Assembly (NCBI GenBank): GCA_965153455.1
Contig: OZ234493.1
Span: 20,078,213 to 20,142,212 of the forward strand
Source of the DNA: Sphagnum compactum
Taxonomy: Eukaryota
Length of the DNA: 64,000 nt
Direction of reading: 5' to 3'
Both the position numbers and the translations under genes were made by a program. How positions within the stretch are numbered: the first letter of the stretch is position 1; the number at the start of each line of letters is the position of its first letter. The notes under the pieces were generated by a model. The model was not told the DNA's origin. It saw only the letters and a program-made list of their open reading frames with translations, and made no database searches. Positions 1-11,942 of this stretch are shown piece after piece.

Positions 1-1
1 C

Positions 2-860
2 AAGAAATTGAATCCTACACCTATTGATTGGATATAACTATGTACCTAGATAGTGCAGAAATATGGTAATATTAATGTTGATGACATCCAGCTCAAACTA
101 AATGCCATCAAACAAGAACCAAAAGAAAGGGTTCAAAAATACTATGAAAATATGAATAAGCTTTTTCAATGGGGTCAAATACAAGATGCAGAATAGCGTC
201 ACAAATTTCTAGCCAAATTAAGGCCATAAATAAGAAAAATTTGCATTATCAAAACCTACACTGACATTGAGGAGGTAGTTATTGTTGCTACTAAAATTGA
301 ACGTGTATTGGGAGAACTAGGGGAGAACCCATACAAACCTATGAAGGAAGAACAAGATGACACAACATCTGGAAAATCCACCATAGATCAACAACTTCAT
401 GTTTTGAATGAAACTCTCATTAATTTCTTTGGGAAAGGGACTAATGGCAAGGCTGGACCTAGTACAACATTTTCTGCCAACACTAACAACCGTTGCCAAT
501 TATGTCGCTCAAAAGAACACACAGCCTCAGCATGCCCTAAATTTGCAGACATAAAGCCAAAATGTGCCAAGTGCGGAGGTGGGCATAAGATTAACAATTG
601 TGGTCTGAAATGTTCTTTTGTTTTTGGATTAGGGTAAACAGAAGACATGTGTTGGAAGAAATCTACAAAGGGTTTACCTGCCACCACAAATTTCCTTGAA
701 GTTTTGGTTGATGATGAAGAAGCCACTCTTGCATAATTGAACCATATTTATGGAAGGGACCAGCATATCTTTTTCGAGGTGAAAATCCCAAAAAAGATAT
801 TGCCTATAATTGCTAACCTAGCAGAAGAACAAGAAGAAGGGATTGTTAAAGAAAAATAGA
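2..860 (+). pseudogene. gag: gag pseudogene with three tandem zinc knuckles
   Basis: Frame +2 reads ...KLNAIKQEPKERVQKYYE...CQLCRSKEHTASAC...CAKCGGGHKINNC...CSFVFGLG*TEDMC, with in-frame stops. Confidence 0.85.
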
Positions 861-871
861 GTGGAGCAAAC

Positions 872-1597
872 ATGGGTTCTGAAACAGTTATGAAATATAA
901 GATTCTTTCTCATTTCATCAAAGGAAAGATCTCTTTAACTCCCATGGAAACCATTCTTATAATTCTAGGAGAACTGCAGTATTTGGAAGGATTGGTTAAA
1001 CTAACTAGAAGGAAAAAAGATGTTGAAAGACAAAGAAGTCAAATAGTTATGATTCATTCAACCCCTGCAATTAGGAGGGTTAGTGTCAACAAAACACATT
1101 GCAGCAAAATATTGCATATGGCAGTAGAGATTAATCAAGCAATGATTGAAGGCTTGGTGGATACTGGGGCATCTATGTCAGTTACGGTAGCCACTGTTGT
1201 TGGAGAGCTTGGCATAATGCATCTCGTGGCCGGCCATGAAACTTATAAGACGGCCTCTGGTATAGTGACGCGAGCACTAGGAAGGATTACAGAGCTTCCA
1301 GTAAAAATAGGAGGGATTGTGTGTCAAATGATCTTCCTTGCGGTTGACACAGATAATTATGATTTGCTCCTTGGACTGGATTTCCTTATCAAGATAAGAA
1401 CAATTGTTGATGTGGAGAAGGGCGTCATACAAGTTTGCAACGAACTCGGAATGGAAGTGGAAATACTACCATTGAATGTGGTGAACATGTTGCAAGTGCT
1501 TGAAAGATTTGAAGAAGAAAGATGCAATATCCAAGAAAAGTTGTTTAACAGAAAAATGGGACAACTTCATATTAATGACTGGGTTAACCTGTTCTGA
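872..1597 (+). pseudogene. retropepsin aspartic protease region of polyprotein
   Basis: LVDTGAS active-site motif and C-terminal YDLLLGLDFL motif in the 241-aa ORF. Confidence 0.9.
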
Positions 1598-2026
1598 TGA
1601 TGAATCTTCCTCTAAAGAGGATGTGGTAGATTATGAGTAAAAGACAAAAAATGATCCACAAGAAATCTTGCTAAACTTAGAAAATCAAATTGACGAACTC
1701 AGGGACCACGAGATGGATATGATCATTGAAGAGGAAACCCCTATGCAGATTCTAAATCTAACCCTACAAGAGCAACATCAAAACGTGCTTGAAGGGTTGT
1801 TATCTAAGGATGATGATTATGTTGATTGGATAAAATGTGTTGTTGCGAGGAAGCCGCTCTGATGCAACAAAGATTGGGAAAGAACACTGGACCCAATGTG
1901 CATTTGTATTTGGTTCAGGTATCTGATGATTTGATTGAGGGAGGTGATAGATGGACCCAAATCAAGAACATGATAAGACTAGATGAGTCTTTGAATGAAG
2001 AATAACAGATTCAACTATGGGATCTG

Positions 2027-2911
2027 TTGGAAAAATTCCAGGAGGTGTTTGCATGGCACAAAAGGGAGTTGGGGCAATGTTCTATAGGAGAGCATTCTAT
2101 TGATACCCAAGGATTACTTCCCTGTCGTATCCTCCTGGACGGCTATCCTATTGGGAGGAAGCTGAAGTCAATCGGCAAATACAAGCATTGGTGGATTTGG
2201 GGAAGATGCGTAAAAGTGCATTAGAGTATGCTTGCAGGGTGACTTTGCCAATGAAGAAACATGGTAGCCAAAGATTTTGTGGAAACTATCGCCCACTGAC
2301 TTTTCAAACAAGGAGGGACTCTTTTCCCATGCCCCTAATTGAGGATGTTCTGAATCAATTAAGGCATTGCCAATGGTTTTGAGCACTTGATTTGCAATCA
2401 GGGTTCTGGCAGATTTCAATGGCTCCTGATGATGTGAAAAAAACAACAATAATCATCAAGTCAAGTTTACATGAATGGAATGTTATGCCATTTGGACTAA
2501 AGAATGCCATTAATATGTTTTCATGAATGGACCAACCAATTTTTTAAGGTGTTTGTTGATGATGTCAATATACATAGTGGAACATGGAATGAACATTTAT
2601 GTCACATCCGATTGGTTCTTCTGAAGCTAACAAAGGTTAATCTCAAATTAAACTCTAGGAAATGTTGTTTTGGGTCCAAGAGTATTATTTTTTTGGGACA
2701 TATAGTGGATTATGCCGGATCTCAACCTGATCCCAAGAAGATAGTTGTAGTACAAAATTTTCCCACACCCAATACAGCCACAAATTTCAGGGCATTTTTG
2801 GGATTGACAAGGTACTATCGAAGGTTTATTGTTGGATATGTGAAGATTGTAGAACTACTATTTGCCTTAACAAAGAAAGAATGCAAGTTTCTTTGGACAC
2901 CCATATGCTAA
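2027..2911 (+). pseudogene. reverse transcriptase (frameshifted)
   Basis: RFCGNYRPL, DSFPMPLIEDVL, LDLQSGFWQI, MPFGLKNA, FVDD, FLGH and RAFLGLTRYYRRF motifs spread across several frames. Confidence 0.92.
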
Positions 2912-3345
2912 ACAACTTTTGTTGCATTAAAAAAGACGCTCATAGAAGCACCTATTCCGGTTAAACCTAACTTCAACAAACCATTCATCTTGGATGTTGA
3001 CTGGTCAATAAAGGATGTTGGAGCTATTTTGTCACAAAAATCTGGAAGGCAGGAGCAAGTCATTACTTATGCAAGCAAGGGCTTATCTCCAGTACAACGT
3101 TGTTTTCATCCTATGGAGGAGAGTGTTATGCTCCCATTTGGGGCATAATGTATTTCAAGCAATATCTTCACCAAACCCCGTTCCTATTACGCACAGACCA
3201 CAAACCTTTGGAGTGGTTAGCCATTGTTTCAAATGCACATGATAGGAGAGGCCGTTGGATTGCAATGTTACATGATTTTCAATTTAAGATCATTCATCGT
3301 GCAAGAAGCCGACATTTGAATGTTGATGCATTAAGCTGGAATCAT
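2912..3345 (+). pseudogene. RNase H (gypsy type)
   Basis: FILDVDWS, VGAILSQ, VITYASK, FLLRTDHKPLEWL, RGRW and NVDALS motifs. Confidence 0.88.
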
Positions 3346-3809
3346 GTTGGCTTTCCAGAAGAGGATGAGGATTTTGGAAGTGATGTGCTAGAACAAGAAG
3401 ATCAACTAGGAATCATACCATTACCCACGAAGAGTAATGCTGCCAATGAGGCTATCATCAATCTGTTTACTTTGCAACATACTAAACAAGAAGTAAATGG
3501 TGCTGAAGTACATCATGCTCGGAATGAATGTGGTGGACAAAGTACAGATTCATTTTCAAAAGAAGAACTGCCTCCAATGAATCATATGGAATATAGAAGA
3601 ATGGTTGTTGAAGCTCAAACCATGGTAGATGAAACTAGAAACAAACAGAACAGCAAAAGTGTGGAGACAATGGGACAATGTGAAGATGATTAATAAAGGC
3701 AAATGGATATATGGGAAGACAATGTGTCAATGGTATTGTTCACTGGTGAACATCTAGAAACTGAACTCTATGACACTACCAACATAGAAAGGGCTAAGAA
3801 GTAGGTAAT

Positions 3810-4950
3810 GAAGTACCATTGGTCGGAAGATACCCTATTTTTCCAAAACTTGGTGGTACTTAGGCCTACAAAACAAGAATGTTGATTGAGAAGATACATG
3901 AGGAAATTAGACACTTTCCAGAAATGCGAACACTTGCTGAGGTGAAGAAGAGGTTTTTTTGGCATGACAAAACTGAGTATGTCAAGAAATTCATCAGGAT
4001 TTGTGAAAAGTGTCAACTAGCCAGGCAATCTGAAAACATGAAATCTAGCATTGAAGAGATGAAGAGTATTTTTATATACAATTTGTTTTATTGTGTTGTA
4101 ATGGACAATGCTGGGCCATTACCAAAAACAACTAATGGCAATAAATATGTGCTTGTATCTATTAACCATTATTCTAAATGGTGTGAAACACGACTTGTCA
4201 AGGAACATGATGCCTTCACTGTTGTTAAGTTTCTGGAAGATGAGGTTATTTGCAGGTATGGAGTGCTTAAGTACATTTTGACAGATAATGGTAGTGAGTG
4301 AATGGAGGTTTTTGCTGAAATTTGTCAGAATTATGGCATCACACATTAGTTTATAGCCCCTGTTTGGCCTCAATGCAATGGCATGGTTGAGCGTTTGATA
4401 AAGACCATCAAGCACGGACTCACAGTTATGGTAGCTACCAACATACAAGATTGGGATTCACTCCTACCACGAATCCTCTTTGGATATTGGTATGGCATCC
4501 AAGCTAGCACAAAGTATTCTCCCTTCATGGTGCTCATTGGTCGTACACCTAGACTCACCATTGGTAACAATTTTAGTGGTTTATGTGATGTATTTGATGA
4601 ATAGGCAAGTTGATTGTTAATCTAATGATTCTTAAAATGTAGCTGATTGCAAATGTGCACAAATCTCTGCTTGAAAATATGAAGCATGCTCAAAGGAGAC
4701 AGATAAAGGTGTATGCTACCAAAAAGGGGCTTCAAACTTTTGAAGGCTTTATAGAAAATACCAAAGTCAAGATGCGCAGACCTGGGAAGAAGAGATCATT
4801 GCTTAGTAACTGGGAAGGACCCTGCATCTTTGTTGATTACAAAGATGGGAAGGGATCTCAAGAACAAGACCATGGCAACACAATATGTATTCTCAAAGAT
4901 CTCAAGGGGCAGTGTTGGTAACGGTCAAAAAAGGATTTGCAATTAAATCT
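3810..4950 (+). pseudogene. integrase (HHCC + DDE + GPY/F-like), no chromodomain seen
   Basis: IHEEIRHF...CEKCQ; MDNAGP; ILTDNGSE; NGMVERL; YSPF; WEGPC. Confidence 0.9.
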
Positions 4951-5651
4951 ATTTGCATATTTATGTTTGATCTATGAGGACATAGATTTATTTAGAAGGA
5001 GTGGTGACACTTGTGACCTAAAAATAGTGTCAAGCATTTTCTGTGGATGAAAGCAGAAACCCTAATTCAGCTCTATTCTAGAGCTGCCAAAACCGTGGCA
5101 TTTCAGGGATGCCGAAAAGTTCAATTTCTTGTTTTTCTGTTTTTGGTTTGGTTTGTTGTTTTGCAGGTTATTATGGAGTGGACTTGGTGAGTTGGTTTCA
5201 GTGATGGAACATGATTTTGGCTACTCAATGGATACTCTTGATGAGCAATGTGAATCATGATTCTGGTGGAGGATTGGTGCGGAACTTTATGGGAAGCGAA
5301 GGGATATGGAAAGGAGAAAGCTATATGAAGCTGGTTGAAGTGAAGGAAGGTGATTTTTTGGCAAGTGGGGGAGAAGCTAAGTTCCTATTTTTCTGTTAGT
5401 TAGGATGTGTGGAATTTGCTTGGAATTTCATAATACTCAGTTGGGGATAAAAATCCTTCTAGATTTCTTCTTCTCCTAAACTTAGCACTTGATCTTTCGC
5501 TGTGCTAAGAGTGTTAGGAAGGAAATAGGAGGTTTAGTATTTGTATTTTGTGGAGCAAAATGGGGGAAATGATGAATGAATCTAAGATTTCAAGAACGGA
5601 TTATTGTGGCAACATCATCTTTGACAATTTGGGGGTCTTAATGTGAATGTG

Positions 5652-6558
5652 TGACGCACTCCTAATTCCTTGAAGGACTCAAATGTGAGTCCTAAACAAA
5701 AAACATCGAAAGAGCAAGGAGTCGGGGCACGCTCCCTGGCTCGCAGCACCTTGAAGGGGTAGAGGGGTGTGTTGGAGCTCCGGGATGGGACTAGGAAGAA
5801 TTGACAAGCTTCAATTACTCACACGGGCCTGCACACAACCAACACAAGGTGGTTAGTGCATAGTTGGAACACTTTTGGTGCTAGGACGAGCCACGGGCAA
5901 CTCGGACTCACAAGACTCACCACGGCCTGGACTTGGGGGAAGCCACCACCTTCCCCCTTTTTGTATACTCTGCACCTCTCCACGAGGGCCACATCCAAAT
6001 GGCTAAACCCTAAACCCTAAACCTGAAATTCCCACAATCTGGGACTTCCACAACTTTGGGGGCCCATAACTTCGCGTGCAGACCTCTGATTGCGATGAGG
6101 TCTAAAGCAAAGTTGTAGCCCTCATCGAGAGCTTTCCAACAGTATGTTGCACGCCACCTGCACATAAGGGAATCGGGTCGATTCCTGACTTTTAGTGGTC
6201 GGGAGTTGAACTGCCAGCCCTTGACTCTCGGCCCTTCTTTTGGCCACAACTTGTGTTTCAAATGTCCAAATGGGCGATGCGAGCCCATTTTAGACATCTA
6301 GGTTTCAATAGATTTCCAATGATATAAAGAATTCTTCAATCGGATGGGTTTCGACCCCTGCAATCGCGCTCTGAAAGTTCGGGAGTCCATTTGGGACTCC
6401 AACTCCCACAATGGGGGTTCACTTGGGAGTGTCAAGGTTCATTCCCTCACACTCTTTGCACTCCCGGGAGCATGTGATGTGACTCCCGGGTCTCCCTCTT
6501 GGCCCGCAACCTTGCAACCCCTTGCCTTGGTCGCAAGCCTAAGGCTAGAGTTGCGACA
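5652..6558. mobile_element. solo LTR (family S) with 5-bp TSD ATGTG
   Basis: Termini TGACGCA...TGCGACA, with ATGTG at 5647-5651 and 6559-6563. Homologous, in opposite orientation, to 56413-57323. Confidence 0.9.
6003..6023. repeat. interstitial plant telomeric repeat (CCCTAAA)~3
   Basis: ctaaaccctaaaccctaaacc, absent from the paralogous copy at ~56940-56975. Confidence 0.8.
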
Positions 6559-7773
6559 ATGTGCAATTTGGGCATTCTAAGAAGAGAGTACATGCTGGAT
6601 AGTGGGAGCTTCGAGGATTTTGGAACTAGAGGATGTTGTGATGTGAGGATGATCACATTTATTAACTCTGTCCAACTTTTGTGAGAAACCATGTAATATG
6701 TGGGGTTACATCTGTGGGGATTCCGTTGTTGAAGGATGAGCTACCACACTCATTAACAATCACTTGGCTACTTGAGAGGAAATCAAGAGAGATCTGTTCC
6801 CTTGAGGTCCATAGAACTAGAATAACTAGATTTGCTTGGCTGGAAGGATTTGGGTTTAGAAACCATACTTGTTGTAACATTCCTTCTGTTTCTGAAAATT
6901 TCGGCAGATCTTATTGAGTTTGTATTCACAATGTTGGGGATTTTCACACCAAAAATCATCTCCCCTTCTTTTCGATGACAAGGGATCCAAAGAAAAGAAA
7001 AAAGAAAAAATTCACTTCTTCCTTTAATTTTTTGCATTTGTTTCATGTTTTGCAAGTAATTTTGACTCTGAATTTTTTAATTTTTTAATTAAATATTGAA
7101 ATTTTTAATCTCGAAAATTGGCTTGTTAGAACCGTTGTTGAAAACTAGGGCTAATAATTTTTATGAGAACTGGCAGGACTGAAAACCAATGGGAACTTTT
7201 TTTTGCAAAAGACTAAAACTCTTAAAATTTATCAAAATCTTTTTTTTTTAATAATGAGAATCTTAAAGGGTCTCGAAAATGGTTGTGATAATCCAAATCA
7301 ACGATTTTCATAAAAAAGTGAGAATTGCCTAACACTGGTCAAAAGAATGACGAAAAACAAGCTGCACCTCATGTCAAAGAATTGGTTTGGACTCACAAGG
7401 AAGAGTTAATTAAAAGTGAATCATCCATGTGATGAATATCCATATAAAGGCCAAGACTGGAGCCACTTTAATAGTATGCCCAATGGCAACACCCCATCAA
7501 TATTTAGCACATCCAGTGAACCTGAAAAGATGGAGTATACAAAGTGTGAGACTATTTAACGCTCATCACATGGGCCAATCATTGGAGTTGGCCAATGAGA
7601 AACAGTCATTATTGCTGAGAAACAGTCATTGCCTGCTACTGGCGCTCTAAGAGGGCCCTGGTATTATGTGATATTTTCCAGGCCCCAAGCAGATGCATAG
7701 TGTTCTTTTACAAATCTTCATCTCAAAAGTTTGGTACCAGGGCATTATACCGCTGCCAGTGGGCATGTTGTAA

Positions 7774-8325
7774 GATCAACTCCACCAGCGCTCAGTATGT
7801 GACCCTGTAGATTAAAATTGGATGGAAAAAAGTCAAAACAAGTCGATTTGGCTTGGCAAAGTGGTTTTGGCCCCTATGCCCAGCTTGATTGGTGAGATAG
7901 TTTGATCGGTCCAGGTGGGTTGTTATTAGTAGTCTCTCACCAGCAATTTTCTTACTGGAGGACTTTAGCCAAATTTCGACCTGAGAAACATGATTTTGAC
8001 CTATACAAAGGATTTTTAAGGATAAAAGTGGCCCAAAATTGCCAGATTTTGACAGATAAAATCCAAGTCACCAGTTTCATTAGTAGCTAAGAATATAGAA
8101 GGATCCTTGGCTTTTTTTTCTGTTCATATATGGTATGTACCCAAATTTGGCTAACTTGTTTTCCGATGACCATCAGCTGGGCTACATAAACAAATTGGGG
8201 AAAAAAATGTTGCAGTCCCAGTTTTAGTTTTATGGGTGCGATTGGAAAAAAAGTAAAGAACTAAACTTGAATGTGAAAAATATTTTTGCAATGTCACATA
8301 CTCAGCACCACCACTGGAGATGCAA
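7774..8325. mobile_element. Tourist/PIF-like MITE (family A) with ~270-bp nested repeat (~7941-8209)
   Basis: Aligns end to end with 42627-42917 once the insert is removed. Preceded by TAA; the right TIR is degenerate. Confidence 0.75.
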
Positions 8326-9650
8326 GCCGATCTTTGCGTCACACCTGCACACCAAAATAAACTTTTTTTGTTTTTCTCGGACTATTTTATTGAATCCTTT
8401 TCTCTGACAACAACGAGAAAGTTTTTGTTTCAGTTTTATTTTTTGGGTTTTCTTCCGCTTGTTTTAAACATGGTTAGAAAATTTGAACACCATAATCCAA
8501 ATAGTATTACACTATTTAATAGTTGTACTTCATCCAGAATATTATATAGAGGGCGGAGATGTTCTAAACGTTTTGTGTGCTACTTAATTAAAGGGCTTTC
8601 TCCTCTCATTTTCCTCATGGGAAATTGAAGGCAAAGTTCAAACAAACCGACAGATTTTATGTGGTCACTATTGGGGATAGTTGTGAAACACTGGAGGCCA
8701 ACAACAAATATCACAAACTTTGCGATATTTGTTGTCTCTTTCCACTAGCTTCATTGTTTAAATGTTTATTTTCAGGGCAAAAAATTGTCGGACATGATGC
8801 AATGCGCTATTGTGAAATTCTTCTTTTGTGGCCAGCAAAACCAACATTCACAAAGCTTCCAAAGGGGGACATGCCATCTTGGAAACAAAATCTGATACTG
8901 TCAGCTGCTGCAGACAAAATGCAGTAGAGATCTTCTTGCTCAAACATTCAGAAAGGCAAAACATGCAATGGGTTTAGTCCCCATTTTTGTTTCTTTCAAA
9001 AGCCCTAAGTCTTATTCTTATTCAATTTGACCCTTAGATAAGAAAAAGGATCAGAAGCTAGAACAGATCAGAAACTAGTTGGTGAACTATTCTGCAAAAG
9101 GCAAAACTGTTGCTGTGACTACAGTAGCAAGCTGGACAACCCACACAGAAATTATACCTGGTGTTGGTTTTTCTGCATGCAGTGATAATCAATAATAATG
9201 GGTGTTTTGGGGGACGGGATGGGGGCTCTTGCTCAGCCATGTAAGCCATAATCATAATGGCAAATCTTACACAAGTAGGCTAGTGAAATTGTTTTCTTAC
9301 CTCCGGGTTTTGTTAAGTGGAGTTCAACTTTTGTCATCTGCTTGCCAGTAAGACAACAGTTGAGGTCTGTAAGCTCTATCCTTCTTTAGTAGTAGCCAGA
9401 TTTGTAGACAGGACTACTGTTTCTTGTACAGATTTTGATCATACTTCAGAATCATACTTTTTGTGACACTTTGTGATGCCATATATCTCATCTCCAGGCG
9501 TAAAAAACATGAGATCTATTCAATTCATTGAACTTATGACGTTGCCACATGATCTCTTGATGCATTAACCAGTCTCATGCGGTTCTAATCTTTGTCAAAG
9601 AAAGAATGTGCAGCAGGCTAGGTTCTTTGATTTTTTGAGAACCACTGGTC

Positions 9651-9926
9651 CAGTGTTCTTTTCCAATTTTATGATGTAACTGAAGTGGCAATCATCCATA
9701 AGATGATTTAGCCAGATTTGACAATAAGAAAATATGAAAGTAAAAAGAAAATCTGGCATCCTTCTAAATTTTTGGCTACCTACTGCAACTTGAGATAGAA
9801 TCTGCCATTTTTCTTTAAAACTAGATTTTTTTCAAAATTTGGAGACTAAAAACCACTAAACTCTAACCAATTTGAAAATAAAATTTGCCATTTGGCAAAA
9901 TTTCACTCCAAAAAAACCTTGCACTG
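9651..9926. mobile_element. short TIR element with CAGTG...CACTG ends
   Basis: Flanked by GTC on both sides. Related sequence occurs at ~7941-8209, ~21700-21911 and ~63650-63862. Confidence 0.55.
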
Positions 9927-10001
9927 GTCAAGTTTCTTTGATAGAAAGCATAGAATCCATCAAACAACCTACTTGGAACCATCCAATTTTGTAGGAAACC
10001 C

Positions 10002-11142
10002 TATAGCTCAGAATTACTTTTGGCTATCTTTTAGGGTTTATAGTGTTAGTCAACATCTAATCGCCGGAAAACAACCCATAATTTGTCTTTTATCATTATT
10101 GGAGTTGGATTTGATTTGCTGCCCTACGGCCTCTAGGTCTTGATGGCACATGCCTTTCTAGGGCCAATAATACCACCCACGGGTAAATAGCGGGGAAATT
10201 TGCATGTATGGTTTAGAGGAACAAGGATGGTGTGACTTATTAAAAACAAAGTTTTGGGATCTGCTTGGTGTTTGCTTGTTTTTTTTCCTGTGTGGTTGCA
10301 GTTGCTTGAGTGATGGAGCAAGAGGAGTTGAAGATGGAAAGAAGAGGCAAATCGTCAAAAAGCTAAGCACCCAATTCTTCTTTTCCAAGAGTGTGGTTGT
10401 GTTGTGGTTGGTAGCAATTGGTAAATGTTTTTCAAGAGTTGTGTGTGTGTGTGTTTAATGATGGGATGAATCCCCACATTATGTGTAGATGCAACTTTGT
10501 CCACCTCTCATTCTTAAATTTTTTTTGATGCACATGTGAAAAGGTGAACAAGCGTTTAAATATAGTAGAATCATAGAAGCATTCAACTAGAGATGATGAC
10601 AAGCTCTAAAGGATCATGTGGTTGGTCCAAGTATGATTCATCTTGTTCATGTTTAATATACATGGGCTAATATAGTGTGGGGAGGTCGAGCACCTTAGTA
10701 ATTGGGAGTGTTGAACATAATACCTCTTTTTTGGGAAGGGAATTATGGGTCATGAAGATTGATCATAATAGCTATTAATCTTGGGTGTTAGCTTGTTAAT
10801 GTCAAGTTCTATCCAACACCATTGATGTGTAAGGTTTCACAAGTTAGATGGGCATTTGGGCTTGAATTGTATCATCTATTTGTCAAAGGAAATGTACCAA
10901 GATCACGATAGCCTATTTGAGAGGAGCTCGGAAGTGTTCTAATCCAAATGAATGTCTAAGAGTCTTGGTAGGATTTTAAGGTTAGAAACGACTTAGAAAC
11001 AACCTTAGAAACAATTGTGAACAAATTATGTTCAATTCACACTCTAAAGTTGTTGGAACTTTGTTGTATTGCAATTCATTAGCAATATGCCAAAATGCAT
11101 TAAATATATTCCTAACTTGTATTGCCCCATTTTTTGCTATCA
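10002..11142 (+). repeat. 5' LTR of element 2
   Basis: Collinear with 19218-20283. Begins TATAGCTC versus TGTAGCCC in the 3' LTR. Confidence 0.88.
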
Positions 11143-11297
11143 GAATAGTTTTTTATAATAAACCAAAGTTGTTTATTAGAATTGTGGACTATGTTGGGTT
11201 TTGATGGCATAAATAAGGAAGCATGCTAGTGGCATTAGTATGGACCAAAAAAGGAAGGAACATTTTAGAAAAGCACAAAATAGGGATGAAATATTGA

Positions 11298-11942
11298 TGT
11301 CACGAACAGGAAAACAACAAAATCTGCAAAATTTTCTAAACCAACATGAGAACAAGCGTAGGCCTATTTCCAAATCCAAATTGTGAAACAAAACAAACAA
11401 GAACAAGAACACAACACATGCGAAACAAAAATCCAATGAGATTTTATTACAAAGAAGAAATAAAAACAAAGTAAGGCTATAATAAAAAAAACATACCCAA
11501 AACTAATGTTGAATAGATTAAAGGTAATGGGGCACCTAACTCAAAGAAGTTTTTCAATAAACTTCCAACCTACATGTGGCCCATGTGCACCTATGTGTGG
11601 CCCATGTGTACCTATGTGTGAACTATGAATTAATTAGAAGTGAAATAAAAATGAACTAAATGTTAATTAAAAATGAACTAAGAATTAATTAGAAATGAAA
11701 TGAACAAAATTTTTATTAAGAGTTAATTGAAAGTGAACTGGAAGTTAATTAAAAGTTAACTAAAAGTGAATCAACATTTAATAAAGAATGAACTAAAAAT
11801 TAACTAAAAATGAATTATTAAAACTTAGCTGGAAACTAATTGAAAGTGAACTGAAACTAAACTATGAATTAGGTACAAGTTCACTACAAGTCATGGATGA
11901 ACATTCAAATAAATGAATTCCATAGCATTGACATCCATGACA
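11298..11942. mobile_element. solo-LTR-like repeat (family X)
   Basis: TGTCACG...CATGACA ends and an internal 'aactaa/gttaattaaaagtg' degenerate tandem. Homologues at ~31625-32110 and 33337-33989. No clean TSD. Confidence 0.65.

Larger units (their letters stand above)
1..6950 (+). mobile_element. Ty3/gypsy LTR retrotransposon, degenerate (element 1); 5' part outside window
   Basis: Domain order gag-PR-RT-RH-INT with many stops and frameshifts. Purine tract GAAGGAGTGG (4995-5004), then LTR-like sequence starting TGTGACC at 5012. The right end of the LTR is not resolved. Confidence 0.92.
5012..6950 (+). repeat. 3' LTR of element 1, interrupted by a solo LTR
   Basis: Starts TGTGACC after a purine tract, with the same geometry as the TSD-verified 3' LTR of element 2. 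The end is approximate. Confidence 0.6.

Noticed and set aside
10204..10458. ORF duplicated at 19407-19721
   Set aside because: Lies within the paired LTRs, so the duplication reflects LTR homology rather than a gene.
11135..11146. tgctatcagaat resembling the tRNA-iMet PBS (tggtatcagagc)
   Set aside because: Only 9 of 12 bases match, and it overlaps the position where the 5' LTR end should be, so it cannot be separated from a decayed LTR terminus.
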